From Hydrolagus colliei (taxonomy: Eukaryota), in NCBI GenBank assembly GCA_035084275.1, contig CM068756.1, forward strand, positions 6,138,001-6,202,000: a stretch of 64,000 nucleotides of DNA. The letters are read 5' to 3'. Every line of letters begins with the position of its first letter. Within the stretch, counting starts at the first letter, position 1. Positions 1 to 15,530 of the stretch are shown here, piece after piece. The position numbers were made by a program, and so were the translations under genes. The notes beneath the pieces are model-generated. The model worked only from the letters and a program-made list of their open reading frames with translations. It was not told the origin of the DNA and did no database searches.

Positions 1-60
1 CTCCTGACATGAAAGGCGCTATACAAGTGTAATTTTGTTGTTGTCGTTGTTGTTGTTGTC
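1..60 (+). mobile_element. L2 3' tail (truncated by the window edge)
   Basis: ctcctgacatgaaaggcgctatacaagtgtaatt(ttg)n; the same tail occurs at ~39715-39770, ~40478-40525 and ~50535-50600. Confidence 0.7.
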
Positions 61-2011
61 CTCCCCAAACCTAGGCGTGCATATATTGCGAAAACATGTT
101 CCGTTAACAGCCACAGCAGAAGAAAGAGAGTGAAAGTAAACAAGATCAGACAGAAAACCAAGCACATTTACTGCTGTTTACATTCTCAAAGTAAAAGCCT
201 CAAAGTAAACTCCCTGTGTTATTCAATTTATGAAGCAGTTTGTTTGGCCCCTGAGCATCAAAGGTCTATTCGACTGCATGACTGCTATGCGAGTGCATAT
301 TTTGGTGCAACAATCAAACATTGCAGATTAGTCCCTGTGATACAATCTGAGCTGCCTTCATACATTATGATGTTTAATCTCATTTTTAAAACTACACTAG
401 CAGTAACAGAGCCATCTCTGTACATATGCATCTCTACTCCAGTGCCTTGAATCTGCATGCACTTTGACCTGAAATGACAGTAGCCTCACTGTAGCAAAGT
501 AGCGCAGTTAAGAAGCACCCAAATCAAATAACGCCTGATTATATTAATGAGTTTCATGTACGAGATCCTTTACATCATCACTTAATCTGCCAGAGTACCC
601 AATCAAGCAGTAATGGATTTAGGTGCTACAGGCACTGTCCATAATAAAATAATTTATACATAGCAAAAGCAAGAACAAAGTGAGGGCAACTGGATTTTTT
701 CTGCCCTATAATCAAGATGTCAGAAATAAAGAGCTGAATATTATCAACGAAAGTACAGATACAGTTAAAGTTTGCACAGTGTATGCAGCATTGATTCTAA
801 TTAGGAGGGAATAATATTTAATGGGAAGAGTTGATACTGAACTGCATAGTCCATCGTCTCTCTATTTGAAAGGTCGAGTAGTGAACATAGTTTTAAAATG
901 AAATTTGACTATCAGAAACTAGGAAGAATATCACAGGTTCTAAATATTACTTATATTCCTAATGTGTATTCAAACCTTGCAGGATCACAAGAGTGGTCAC
1001 GTGTTAGTGACAAAAAGATTAACTGTCAATGCATTCCACTATCTTTTTTCACCTGGGATTCACGGATGTATCTTAAATAAAAAGCAAATTATCTTGTAAT
1101 TCGCATTACAACCATAGTCTGACACATACTCAAAAAAGGTTAGAATCACCACATGAGCTGTTCTTTGTTGCTAGAATATATATTCCTGAATATACAAGGT
1201 ATTTCTGCCAGATAAGTGAAGCACAAAATTACTGAAGGTTTCCAAAATATCTTTGATGTTTCCCTGACTGGTGTGCATTTTGAATTGGTAAACTACTGTG
1301 TTCCAATGCACTAATTTTAGTTTAAGGACGAAAAAAAAACTTTTTGCTAGTTTAAACCCTTGATATTATTACTCTGGGGACTATACATTGAAAGTGTTTT
1401 GTGTAGTAAGTAGTGGATTATTAAAAAAAAACTGGTGTATGGTAGGTATTTCACAAGATTTTTTGTTAGTATGGACAATGCAAAAAAAAACTACTGCACA
1501 TGAAAATTTGTAAGTGAAGTATTTGTCAATAGTGAAAAGGTAATACATTTATCCACTAATGTAAAATAAAGCTTCTGGTCTATTATTATTTAGTTAATGG
1601 ATCAATCAAATGTTCTAATACAATAGCCACAATGTAGCACGACATTTAAGATTAAAAGCACATCATAAAGGTTTCTTTCTGACAAAGGATGGTAGACCCG
1701 AAACGTTGACTCACTTTTCCACTCTCAATATATGAGGTAACAGTATAACTAGGCATCTTAAAAAGGGGTCTACTTATTTCTGTAACACTCTTGTATATGT
1801 AACATGAAACTGTACTGCCACAATGGGTTCTATCATATGCAGACTGATTGTTAAAAATATTTTCATTTGCCAGTTCACAATAAAATCTTGATTAAGTAAT
1901 TTGCTTTGACAATAACATACTGTCCACTGACCCCCAAATTCACAAACCAACAAACTCGCACAGTTCAGCAAATATATGTAGCTGTATGCCACCTGGACTC
2001 AAGAAAATAAA

Positions 2012-2142
2012 TTGTGTATCCTTCATATATTACAGGATGAAATTTGTGGCGTTTCATAATGCGTTCAATATGATAAGTTCTCCTATCGACTATTTCATGA
2101 AATGCTACGAATTTCAACCCATATAAAAGAGGATGCTTACAA
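2012..2142. repeat. Long imperfect inverted repeat (~130 nt fold-back)
   Basis: ggatgaaatttgtggcgtttcataa pairs with tcatgaaatgctacgaatttcaacc (20/25), and weaker pairing extends inward and outward. Confidence 0.85.
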
Positions 2143-3965
2143 GGGTGTAAAAAGTCTGTAAAAATTCAACCAAAGGTTCAGATTATAAACTGCTTGTGTT
2201 TCCCACACACCAATTAAACCACCTGAAGCCCTCAATTCTATTAGAGTTGAATACTTATTTTTCTATGCGACGCTAACAAATATACATTAATTACAGTACA
2301 AAGCTCTTGTGTGTTTATATTCCCAGATGTCCCCTTTCCCCACATGGGCCTGTTTTTGCGCATCATCTTTCTCCCGCTAAACCTGAGCCAATCTGCATCC
2401 CCATGGCTCTTACTGGTGCCTTCACCTGTTTGACTGACAAGACACTCACCTATTATAGACTGGTACAAAGCGAGTTGCTTTCCTGTTCCTCAGGTAGAAG
2501 ATGATTAGGATGAATCTAATACACGTGATAACAAAATCTCACCTCGAGGTCTATTGGATTACGAGTGACACGCAAGCATTGTACTCAAACTTTAGACTAT
2601 CTGGTTGAGAGAGTAGCCTAACTACTAGGAAATCCCTTTCAAACCACGTTCAAAATGTTACTCTTCTTAAATGTTACTCCTTGGGTACCTGAGCTGCTGT
2701 CAGTAAATTTCACTGAAGCACATGTTGGGTGCTCAGATCCGTGCACATCACACTGGACATCTCCTGTGGATATGAACGTGCAGCAAATTATGGATGGCTG
2801 GGCAGCTGAAGGACACAAACAGAGATTAAGTCTATCAACCATTCTATCAGTGTATGTCAAGCACAGATCCTTTATTGCAGTTTGATTCTTCCAAAACTGG
2901 TTCTGTCAACTGCTCACCAAATTCTTAACATTTTGACTTATTTTCCTCTGGTCAAATGAAATAGGATACTAGGACTCCATTATGCAAAATGTGGGAACTC
3001 TGCCCAATTAAAAATTTGGGAAGTCTCTCAGTATCAACTTTATATCAGATGAGGTTCATTTTACCGCTGTGTCTAATTGCAGTGTGTGTGTATCAGCGTG
3101 TGGTGGGGCAGAAGTGTTAAAATAATAAGTAACTTCACTTTACAAAGTGAATGTTTTCTTCCTGAAAACTACCAGCTAGGTTTATGAGAAAGGCACTCCC
3201 AAAGAGCCTAAGATGCTCACTCTCAAAACTGCTTTGATCTCAGGTACATTCATAAATAATTAGACAAAAAAGCCTCCAAAAGATGTACTGCACAAATGTT
3301 TTCCTTTATCCTTTTGTTTGCAAGTCTAGTCTAGAGCATCAGACTCTACGATGCAAAACAGCGATCAGAGGTCTGTTGTGCTAACTGACCGATACTAATG
3401 CTGAACTCACACTGCTCAAGGTGTTGCCTTTACTGATAGCAAACCTGCAAGAGGAAAACAGGAATCACAGCTTCAGGATTACTAAACAGCACAATGAGTG
3501 AAATATTTCTCATGCCACCGAGTCCAACGATTTTGAAGGTGTGCATTAACACAGACTGAAGGTCCTCTTAGCACATGTCTCACCCCTAGAATCCTGACCA
3601 AGATTCTGACCTATAATATTTCCTAGTTTTCTACTTTTCCAGTGGTGGTACTGAACCTGAATTTATTTCTACAAGTAAAATATGTCCCTAGTTTATTACA
3701 TCTTTCACAAATAACTTCCACGACACTTTAAGTCTCCCACATTATTCTCAAACTACAAAAAACACCTTAAGCGTTCATATTTTTTGCTATCAATATTTAT
3801 AACCACTGATCTGAGAATATTGCTGCAGTTTGATATGAACACCTGAAAAAACAGAACAGTCGACAAATTAGCAACATACAGAGTACAATAGGTTTCGTAA
3901 ATTTTTACTTTGCAATCCCTCAAAGCTAAGGCTTCTAGAAGGTATTGGATTGGGCAACATCTTCA

Positions 3966-5765
<1,800 letters not shown>

Positions 5766-8700
5766 CTAGGTCTTTTACTATTAAAGATGGTCATGCTACA
5801 CGAGGAAACAAAGTTTTTTTACATAAAGGATGACAGTGTACATATCGTCTCAAAGAATAAAACTTAGCAACATTCTGTACAAAACTGAAATGAATGATTT
5901 AAGACCTAGTATGCAGTAAATCATGGGTATAATTAGCAAATGGTGTGCTGCGCAAGTAATTCATCACCATTTGTGAGGCAACATACTAGAATAAATTTTA
6001 AAATTTGCAGAAAGTAGAATTGGTTCAAAGAAAATGTACACTTAGTGAGCAGTATAAATAAAACATGGTTTGTTTTTGGATTCCAAAACACGTTGCAGAA
6101 CACAGTTAGCCATTCGAAATGTCTATTGGTTTTAATTAAAATATGCAGCAGTGCATTTGCAGTGGATGGAAAACATTCAGATGAGATAGAAGAGAAAGCA
6201 TATAATGAGATGTTCATGTTCCAGGAATTCTTAGGATGAATTACAAGATCTTATACGTTGCTTGTTATATGCATATATTTCCATAATGCACCGTGGCTTT
6301 TAAAGAAGCTAGATTCTACTCTTGAGCAACTGTGATGAGTGTGTGTTATTTGTCTGAATTCATGAGTGTTTGTATCATCATTTTCCTGCACTTGGCTTTT
6401 TCAAAAGATGTTACTTGAAAATGTTATATTCTTTGAACTTTAAATGTAGTGCAATCCTGTTATTCTGCATATAATATCAATATTCTCTGGCCATGTTTGA
6501 ATAACGCGCTCACCACTGGAAAGGCAAATCACTGTGCCGGGAAAGGCCAGTTCCTGTTTTTTATTGGTGCTTAAGCACATCCAATCCCACAGAGCAAATC
6601 GCTGCCATTCATTTGATCAGATCATAGAAGCAACGGCTGTATTCCTTCCAAAGTCTGCAAGCCAAATACTTCGGAGTCCAAAAGCACCGCATATAACCTA
6701 GTATTAATTCATGGCCTATGCTGCTTTCATAGTGACTAGGACATTGGGTTAATTTGGCCACATATGCATTAGGCACCTGATAATCCCTGGTTGCCATTCT
6801 CTCAAAGTACAAATACATCAAGTTCAAGCCAAATAAAATATTCTGTATCCGTGCAGGGTGACAGTGCTAAGTACTATAACTGGCATTCACAGCATGCCAG
6901 ATTCAGTCTCATCTCTTGCACAAGTCCAGGGTCATGCCACACAGCAAAACGACCTTGTGCTACTTATCATTTTTTTAAATGCCTTTTTTATTGGTAATGA
7001 ATGAAGCATACACAAAAATGCTTTATTCATGATTAACAAAGAGAACATTGGATAAGTTATTCAATGGGTATCACTCAGTTTTTCATTGTGCAACCTTGGA
7101 TTAATATCTGCATACATCGCATGAGACATCTGTAGGTTATTAATCTTTTAGCAGGTAGCAGTAAAAAGTATGATTGTTGTGTGGTATATAATTGTGTGAC
7201 ATCTTTAAGAACTTAAATTTTCATGTCAATTGTGTATTACAAAAAAAGTTTGAAAGTACTAATAAAAAATAAAAATGAATAAGGAACAATGCTTTCAAAA
7301 CCTCATGTTACGAGATGTCAAGAAACAAAAACTGCCATCTGAGGCAGCTAATCCCTAGTGAAATACAGTATTTTATTTCTGCGTCACATTTTCCACTGAA
7401 TTTACATCCTCAGACACACAATATTAAAAATGGCACCTGATACAATGAAAAATATCTTGCTTGGTCAAGGATCACACAACAGAACTATATGACCTCATTT
7501 GAGTATTGCAACCAAGACTGGAATTACATTCCGAACGAGCATTAAAAATACTGTGATTTATTCCAGTTATTTTAAATGTTATGCTCAGTTAAATGTTTCC
7601 ATAATGCAGAGTGAATTGTTTTCTCGGTATAAGATCTACGTTTCTAAATCAGTCCCTGTGCTTTACAATATGTTTTTGAACAAAGATTACCCATTACCGG
7701 AACTGCTCATATGTGATAAATGGATTGATTTTATTCATAACAAAATAACCTTTATCTTCAAGCTACGAGGTATGCTTTTTGATCCAGGAAATATTTAATA
7801 AACCACAAACCCCTTTGTTATAATTTTATATTAATGTGTATGCATTACCCATCATCTGATAATTAAGCACTAATACTTTAAAATGCTGAGTTTTATTCAC
7901 TTAGAAAGGGTGAAATAAATATTCTTCACAGCAAAGCTAGAGTGCATTAATATAAATTGTCCACATGATTCCCCTAAGCTTATATGCTGTAAATATGAAG
8001 ACTATTGCACAGCTGCTTATTGCTAAACAGTGCCTTGTCTAGAAGGGGACAATCTGTGTTTCTAATTGCTGTCATTGAAGCCTAGATTCATTTTGTGACT
8101 TTCCCATTAATATGTGAGCATTAATTTGTATAATGAAATATCACCCACTGCGGTATTCATTAGCCATGCCCTACTGTATACTTCACATTGTTAGCTAGCC
8201 AGAAACTGTAGCTAATTTCGCTAATGGACATCTTCCTACTAAATCTTTGGTAGGAAATTAATATGGTAACATTACCTCTTTAACTTTTTGGGAATTTAAA
8301 TTCTGTTAATTCCTTTCTACCAGATTTGCTGGAAGCAATTAATCTGGAGTTAAATTCTGTCATGACCATATTTACTGGATGGGCTGGTAGCACAGGCAGT
8401 AAAACGCCTGCTCCTGACCAGATGGTCAAAGGCTTAAGTATCAGTCACCTGAGCTCAAGGTTTGCCAATTCTTGGGGTGGAGTGCGTCATTCTAATCGGT
8501 GTTCTACACTGTCTCGGGATACCCTAGCTCTGGTACAGGAAAATTTGTATAGTTGTCTCCTTCTGCTGAAAGCACATCCCTTGCTTATCAATCCTATAAA
8601 CAGCATTGCTCAAGATGGTAAAGATCTAAGTAATGCTGTTTTTTCTGAATTCCCAACCAAAAGGGTACTACTGTATATGGTGATATTCAGCTCTTTGCAG

Positions 8701-10029
8701 CACTTTGGAAGGAAATCAGATTAAGAAAAAAAAATGTGAATCAATGCATGTATTCTTCATGCAAGTCATATGGGGGTGGGGAATCGTACCGTGATTAATT
8801 GGGTACTAGTTACATGGAGAATGCTCCAATCATCTAGATGTAATTTTGCATTTAGTTACCAAATTTATGTTGACTGTTTTCTGTGAACAAGCTTCCCTCT
8901 GTTGCTTTATTCCTTAAGCGTTCAATTCTTGATGCACCCCAAAGTGCTACTTATCATTTGGTCCCTTTTAACCCTTGCTGCCTGCTTTATTAGAACATGC
9001 TGGCTGGTCCCAAACTATTTATTTTATTGTGTTCATTCAGAGAAATCCTTGAACTGTTCTCTTCATGCTCATTAACAAAGTTTTGGCCTTTACAAACATG
9101 TGTAGCCCAAAACATATGGAATAAAAATCTGGATGAACCTTATTTCCCAATGTGCTATTTAAGCCAATATCTGTACACAGCATCGTGTAACCAAGAGGGA
9201 TTACAGCAGATAAACAGAGCAATGTATTATTTTTCCAAATTGCTTCAGCATTTATCTGACATTTTATCACAAGGCGTAATGTCTATTCAAACCTAATTAT
9301 CTGACAGTCATCTATCACTAACCGTCAAATCAACTAGTCATACCTTGTTAACTACTGGTTGAAAGTTATTTGTTTATAGCAAATATAATGTCCACATTAT
9401 AGAATTCAATTGGAACGTGTTTTCAATACTGAATTATTAAACATTTGATGCTTCATCTGGATAAAAAAAAATTAAGTTCAGAGCTTATGTGAGTGTATTA
9501 AAGAAGATCAGTACCATGGGCGGAATATTGTCAATGTGAAGTACTTACCTCCTTATGCATTCCCATAGCTTTCATGTTTAATAGATTTCTACTGTTACAA
9601 GGTAATCCTTAGAGGAAGGGATACTCCAGAAATGCTCAAAGCAGATAAGTTGAACTGAAGTCAGGTGGTGGTAGGAAACGAGGAGAACATGTGTTCACAG
9701 TAAAATAGCTGGAACTGCACAGGAAAAACTAGGATAGTTTCCTGACCAGCATATCAGATGACCACAACCATAGCAGTAACCTTGGTTGGATGTTTGTGAA
9801 GACACTCTGTGAGGAAACTGCTTCACTTCTAGGTGAATTAAAAGTCACCTATTGTTAAATTTTCTGGGTAATATGAAGATGCATTTGTAAGAGTAATATG
9901 CTAACATAATACCCAACATTATTGGATAGCAGTAGCAATTAATTAAGCATAAATGTTGTTAATCATATAAGTGTGGGGGTGGGGGTGAAGTACTTCACAC
10001 TCAAAATGAAACCCCAATTTTTAATCCCT

Positions 10030-10255
10030 AGAGAACAAGAGGGTGCTGGAATTGATCTTAGAACCTTGAGCGAGGAATAGGAAGAATGTGTTCCTGCTGC
10101 TGACAGCTTTCCAACAATTCCTTCTACAATGAGTGTGTTTTGGATTGTTGTGGAGCAGGAAGGGTAGAGAGAGTTGGCTTGGCTGTGATGCCCTCCAGAG
10201 TGTTACAACTTGGCTCAATACCTAGGTTCACACATAAAGAATAGCCACTTGGTTC
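10030..10255 (+). mobile_element. Old SINE family B fragment
   Basis: ggcttggctgtgatgccctcc...ctaggttcacacataaagaatagccacttgg is homologous to 46460-46535. Confidence 0.6.
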
Positions 10256-10267
10256 AATCCAAAGAAA

Positions 10268-10588
10268 ATAATAATAATAATAAAAATCCTTACATTTGAT
10301 ATAGCACTTTTCACGTCTTCTAACATCTCAAAGCACTTCACAGAATATACTGTAAGGTGAACTGATTGTATATTCGTGGGCGAAATGCAGTACATTGCGT
10401 ACAGCAGTGTCCCACAAACAGTCGTAGATTGAAATGACCAATTTATTTAAGTTTTTTTTTTTACGGATTATTATTAGGCATATGGAGTAAACAAACTTGC
10501 CCAATGTTTCACCCAACTTGCCTGGATTCGAAACACAGGTCTTACATTTGCAAGGCGAGTTCTCTAACCACTGAACTACAGGACTCCA
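10268..10588 (-). mobile_element. Full-length tRNA-derived SINE (family A)
   Basis: Reverse complement begins GGAGTCCTGTAGTTCAGTGGTTAGAGAACTCGCCTTGC...TTCGAATCC and ends in (ATT)n; homologous to the 19542 copy. Confidence 0.9.
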
Positions 10589-11735
10589 AATATATACAAT
10601 CAAAAGATTCTCTCTCAACCTCATTCTCAAAGATATATTTATTGTGCTGTTTACCAGTGATCCTAATGTTATCATTGCGATTTAATTGAAAGTGCGGCAA
10701 CATTCACATCTGAAGAGATAATAAATGTTGATGTTACCGATTTTTCACAATCTTTCGCTTTATTGTTTATTCTATTGGAATGCTTAACCCACACACAAAC
10801 CGTTGTTGTCTAGGCGTAAATTAGTCAAGAAATGATAAGAAATTGCCTGGTTCACTTGATTGTGTTATTGCCATCTAGGTTTGACCAGTTATCACATAAG
10901 AGCAATCAAGACAGAAGGCTTGAGGGCTTTGAGATCCAACTGAAAAAGCATCTTTCTCCAAAAGCTCAGGAGAACATGTCACTCCCCATATTATGAACAT
11001 AGCCAGCGGAAGCAGAGGGAATTGTGTGATGTTCCATCATGCAATCAATATGAACATATCTCTTCAGATCTTTCTATTCCTTTTACCAAATTGAAATTGA
11101 TCTTAAAAGAACAGTACTGTACTCCACTCTGCTAAAAGTCTTCTAATACTGAGCTAAAACAGCCAATACAAACTCATAGAATTGGACGCAGAATGAGAGA
11201 TTTTTTAAGGATTGAACAATTCGCCTTTATGAAAAGTGACTGAATTATTTTCAAGGGCAAACCATTGACTAATAAGCCTCTTAATCTCACTGAAACATAA
11301 ATTCACCCTTCAGATCCCATCTGTTCCCTCTTTATTTTTTTCCAATGTCACTACTGTAAAGTTGTAGGAATCTGACTGTAGAGAGCAGCTTTCGCTCCCT
11401 CACTTGTCACTCACAATTCTTCAGATCATATAATTGTAGTACCAAAGTTTGCATTTTTCTGTTAATTACTGACTAATACCCTCATGGTTCATTTTATTCA
11501 ATCTAAATATAAGTTGCACTTGGCCAGCAAGAAACGTTTTTACAGACATTCCCAAACTTCAAATAAAACTACAATTGTATTTCAGATAAAATGCAATGTT
11601 CAAAAACAATGAGTACTATTAGGGATAGACAGGTAGATTTTGTTGTAGCGCAGTGGAATTCCATTCAGAAGGAGCTTGGGTTTGGATTCCAATCCGTCAA
11701 CATTTTTGCCATTCAAATAAAGGAGTGCCATTTTA

Positions 11736-12150
11736 AAACAACAATAACAACACAGTTGCATCCACGTCGGGAGGAGGTCTCAAGGTGCTGGTCAATCAAG
11801 TCTTTCGGACCTGAGCTGGGGGTCGGGATCAGGGAGGATGGAGGACTGAGGGTGATGGAGGGTGACTGGAGGCAAGGTCGAAGAAGAGGATCTTGAGACA
11901 GGTCTTGAAGCTGGCAAGAGAGGGGGGAGTGGGGGGGGGAGAAGAGGGATTGTGGGATGGAGTTCCAGGTGGTGAGAGCAGAGTGGGAGAAGACCCATCC
12001 GCCAATGATGGGACGGGTTATGCGAGGGACACGAAACAGGCTGGAGCCCGATGAGCAGAGGAAGTGGGCAGTTTGGTAGGGGTTAATAGGTCATATAGGT
12101 AGGGGGAAGCAAGATCGCAGAGGGCTTTAAAGGTGAATAGCACAACTTCT
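11736..12150 (-). mobile_element. L2 3' fragment
   Basis: (aac) tail; cgggaggaggtctcaaggtgctgg...ggacctgagctggg matches 57130-57180; gagttccagg. Confidence 0.8.
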
Positions 12151-12814
12151 AGGCTGTGCTGCTATGGTGAGCATGCGATAGGAGCAGAACTCCTTACCCA
12201 TTGCGAACACCTATAACCTTCCTCAGTATGCAGGTCTGTCAGCTGTCATGCATTGGATTGCAGTGGCCACAAACAAGTCCACAGTCTGACTTCTACTGCC
12301 TGTGGACATGAGATAGCAGTGAGGAAGGGCAGTGCTCTCATGTGAAAATAGCTGAATAATAATGAAGTTGGCATAGACAGCTTTGAGTTAATTTAAAACC
12401 TGCTGCTTATTCAGAAAAATCAGGAATGGGTGACAATCACCTAAACTCATCTAAACATGAGTGGGGTACCATTACACATGGAAAACCGTTGCTTTGTGTG
12501 GGCAAATATTATCCAATGGTTTGCCAGATTTTTCGCCCCGATTTGATCACCAAGTGTTTTTTTGGTCAGCTGGATGTCTGACACATGCGGAAACCCACCA
12601 CCACGTTTAAAACTATCCAAACCAGACAGAATGCAATGAGTGAAAATCAAAAAGGCTTCCAAAATAGAGACCATCTATTCATTGTACTTTCCCCTAAAGC
12701 TACTGAGTAATGAATGGCATCTTCTGTTTTCGAAACACACATCCATTTGCCCTCATTCCACATCTGCAAAAATGTTTTGTGAATGTTTTAATATTGACTA
12801 TTACCATAAGAAAA

Positions 12815-12885
12815 TCTGAAATCAGATAACTTTGCACAGACCAGGGATTACACCTGGACTTTCTTGCTCTGTGCAGTATGGGCCA
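12815..12885 (-). mobile_element. tRNA-like SINE head fragment (probably family B)
   Basis: atcagataactttgcacagaccagggattacacctggac resembles the reverse complement of a B-box region. Confidence 0.45.
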
Positions 12886-13368
12886 AGATACTGAGTAAGC
12901 TTCATATTTAACACCTCAAAAGGATTGTAAAATCTATCTTTTTACCACATGACACTTGCTTGATTTAAATGACATCTCCTTCTGCTGCATTCTGATGACT
13001 ACTTTGCTTCAGTGAATAAACGTGTGACAGAATCACTGCTGGAATTTAATCTGCAGTCAGTATCTGCTTCACATATTAAATTTATTGGAAACATTTATCC
13101 CTAAAATCTGGCCATGTACATTGCCCGGCTAATCTTCCGGATATTTGTGAGGTTGGCCGCCCATCATCATACATGAAAGTAAACATACAGTACAAGTATG
13201 TTTAAAATGCCATTAATGTTATCTGTTATTAATCTCGCCTGCCTAGCAATAAACATGGCTGACACTTAGTGAGAATGGTGAATATTCACACTTTTGTAAT
13301 TCACTTTGAGGAATAAACAAATGTCATTTAAGATTCATTTGTCAGGGGATTTTGAAAATCGCACTAAC

Positions 13369-13521
13369 CTGTATGTATTCGCAGGTGGACTTTCAGATGA
13401 TGGGATGTTCTGAAAGATTTCCCACAATAAGGGCAATCCCTGATGGTTGATCCAGGCATTCGATCTCTCAGTAAAGAAGCCTGCTGTATTCCTGCAGACC
13501 TTCCCACTTCCTCTCCTACAT
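13369..13521 (-). CDS. ZNF536: ZNF536 internal 153-bp coding exon ([52 protein letters not shown]), 1 C2H2 finger
   Basis: Hand-translated; not represented in the ORF track. Acceptor ttgtag|ATG at 13522/13521, donor ACAG|GTTAGT at 13369/13368. It is phase 1-1, joins both neighbouring exons in frame and completes the HTGEKPY linker. Confidence 0.96.
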
Positions 13522-15449
13522 CTACAATGCATACAAATTATCACCATCATTACAACAGACGCCAAAAGTTTTCCACTGATTTTGCTAACACAACACAAAC
13601 ACAAACTTGTCAATAGTGCATCTTTTCTATTTCACGACGGAAGTCGACAGAATGCTGACAATTCACATGTTTGCTTATTTTTCGCAAAAATTCTTTAGTC
13701 TCTCCCATCATCATTTCTTAGCAGCAGATGGCATATTTCATTTAAATGAATAATACAAAAAAGGAAACAGCTGTATCAGCAGCATGCCTGATTCAGTGTA
13801 TTATTCAAGCTTAATGTGCAACTGCACTGGGAACCTGTACTGCGTGTTGCTTAGAGCAAAACACGAAAGTAATAGAACAGTTGTTAAATTGTCATTCTAT
13901 TGGAAGCGATATTAAGTGTTTTCTTTGCCCCTTAAAAGCTTTCCCGTTATTGTACACTTGTTTTTGTTTGCATTCAATATTTCCGAAAAGTAAACTGCAA
14001 CATAATGGAAAGTGACAAGTAGTTTGCTTGTTTGAGTTCCTCAGCACTTTTGCAATTTTAGACATCAAGTGGAAATATAATGATAGTGAAAATTGGTAAC
14101 ACCAGAAGCTATAAGCAACCGAAAGAACAATGATTTTATATCATATAGGGATCCATCCAGAGAGTTACGGGGTCCGTAAAAACATTTATATTAAATGCAA
14201 ATCACAAATTATCCCTGTCGCCTTTAGTTACCAGAAACCTTCTAAGACAGTATCTATATGATCATAGTAGATACTCCAGTGCCTGACCAGCCAGCTTTTC
14301 CACAAACATTTAGGAGAAACGTGATTAACTTTGATAACGTTTGCCTGCAAAATACACAGTCACTACATAATGCAGTAACTTAACTGTTAAAAGCCATAGA
14401 CAATACAGTTTAGGGAAATGGCTTCTGACTGCTCCAATAGACACTGCACCCACAAACGTAGGGATAAATTTAGAAATATAACTGTGATGATTTTACGCCT
14501 AAGTTAGTAACCATTAGCAATGCTGAAATTTGCCTGTGACTCAATTGTGGAAATTGTTCAGCATTCCTCTAGATTGTGGAATGGCCTTGTCTAGTTCTGT
14601 GATTTGATGATTGTTTTTTTTAAAAAAGTGTGATTTAAAATAGGATTTTGTTATAGGTCGGCTGGGGGCCCTGGTGGGAGGTGGTGAATAGGGAACCGCT
14701 GCAAATTAGCTACAGGAAAAGTTACCAAACATTTCCAGGATTGCGAGTGTGATAAATGGAAGCGTCAAGTCATGCAGCAGAGGGTGCTATTCTGAGCTTA
14801 GGAGGAAGGCAGTGGCAATGTCACCCACTACAGCTGCCTCAAGGTTTGCTTGTTTATAAAGCCAGGTGACCCAATCATCTGACATTTTTGGGTGTATGGG
14901 ACTGTTAGAACCCTTTTTGAACATAGGTTACCTTTTTGACACTTTCTTCACCCTGATTCCTGGGAAGGCAGTGTTCCAGTGTTTGTTCCCTTTAATGAGG
15001 GAATTATAGGGGCATTTCATGGGGGTGGGAGGGGGGAGGCGGGTGGGGGGCTAACCTAAATTCCTTGTTGCAAATGTACTTGTGTTGTTTTTCTTTTTTT
15101 AAAAAAAAAGAGATAGGAGAGATAAAGATGGGAGAGAGAGAAACACCGAAATGCACACAAGGGCAGTGAGTTTCCAATCTCTGTGCCAGCTCCAGAGTTG
15201 GTTGGTGGTTTGCTTTTTTTTACAATAAACTATAGGAAAATCAATGTGGGAAGCTGACTCCCACAGTCTATGAGCATATCCTACTAGTCAGTTTCAAAGC
15301 AACGTGTTACAACCCATGAACACATGACAGCTGCCCTTTCGGTCAGCGCATATGCCACAGGAGAATAATTCTGACAGGAGAGGTATGGAAGGAGACAGCT
15401 TTTTGGCCCATCGGATCTGATCCTTTCAGAATACCTATTTTAAAACTAC

Positions 15450-15530
15450 TATTACTAATATTTTCGCATTTGATATAGTGCGTTATTACACTGTTGAGAT
15501 GTCGCATAATGCTTCACAAGATATTTACAC
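15450..15530 (-). mobile_element. Degraded SINE tail fragment
   Basis: gcatttgatatagtgcg...gcttcaca matches the reverse complement of the family A tail. Confidence 0.55.

Noticed and set aside
13335-13698. ORFs 13335..13613 (-) and 13447..13698 (+)
   Set aside because: They are wrong-frame or wrong-strand readings over the real ZNF536 exon.
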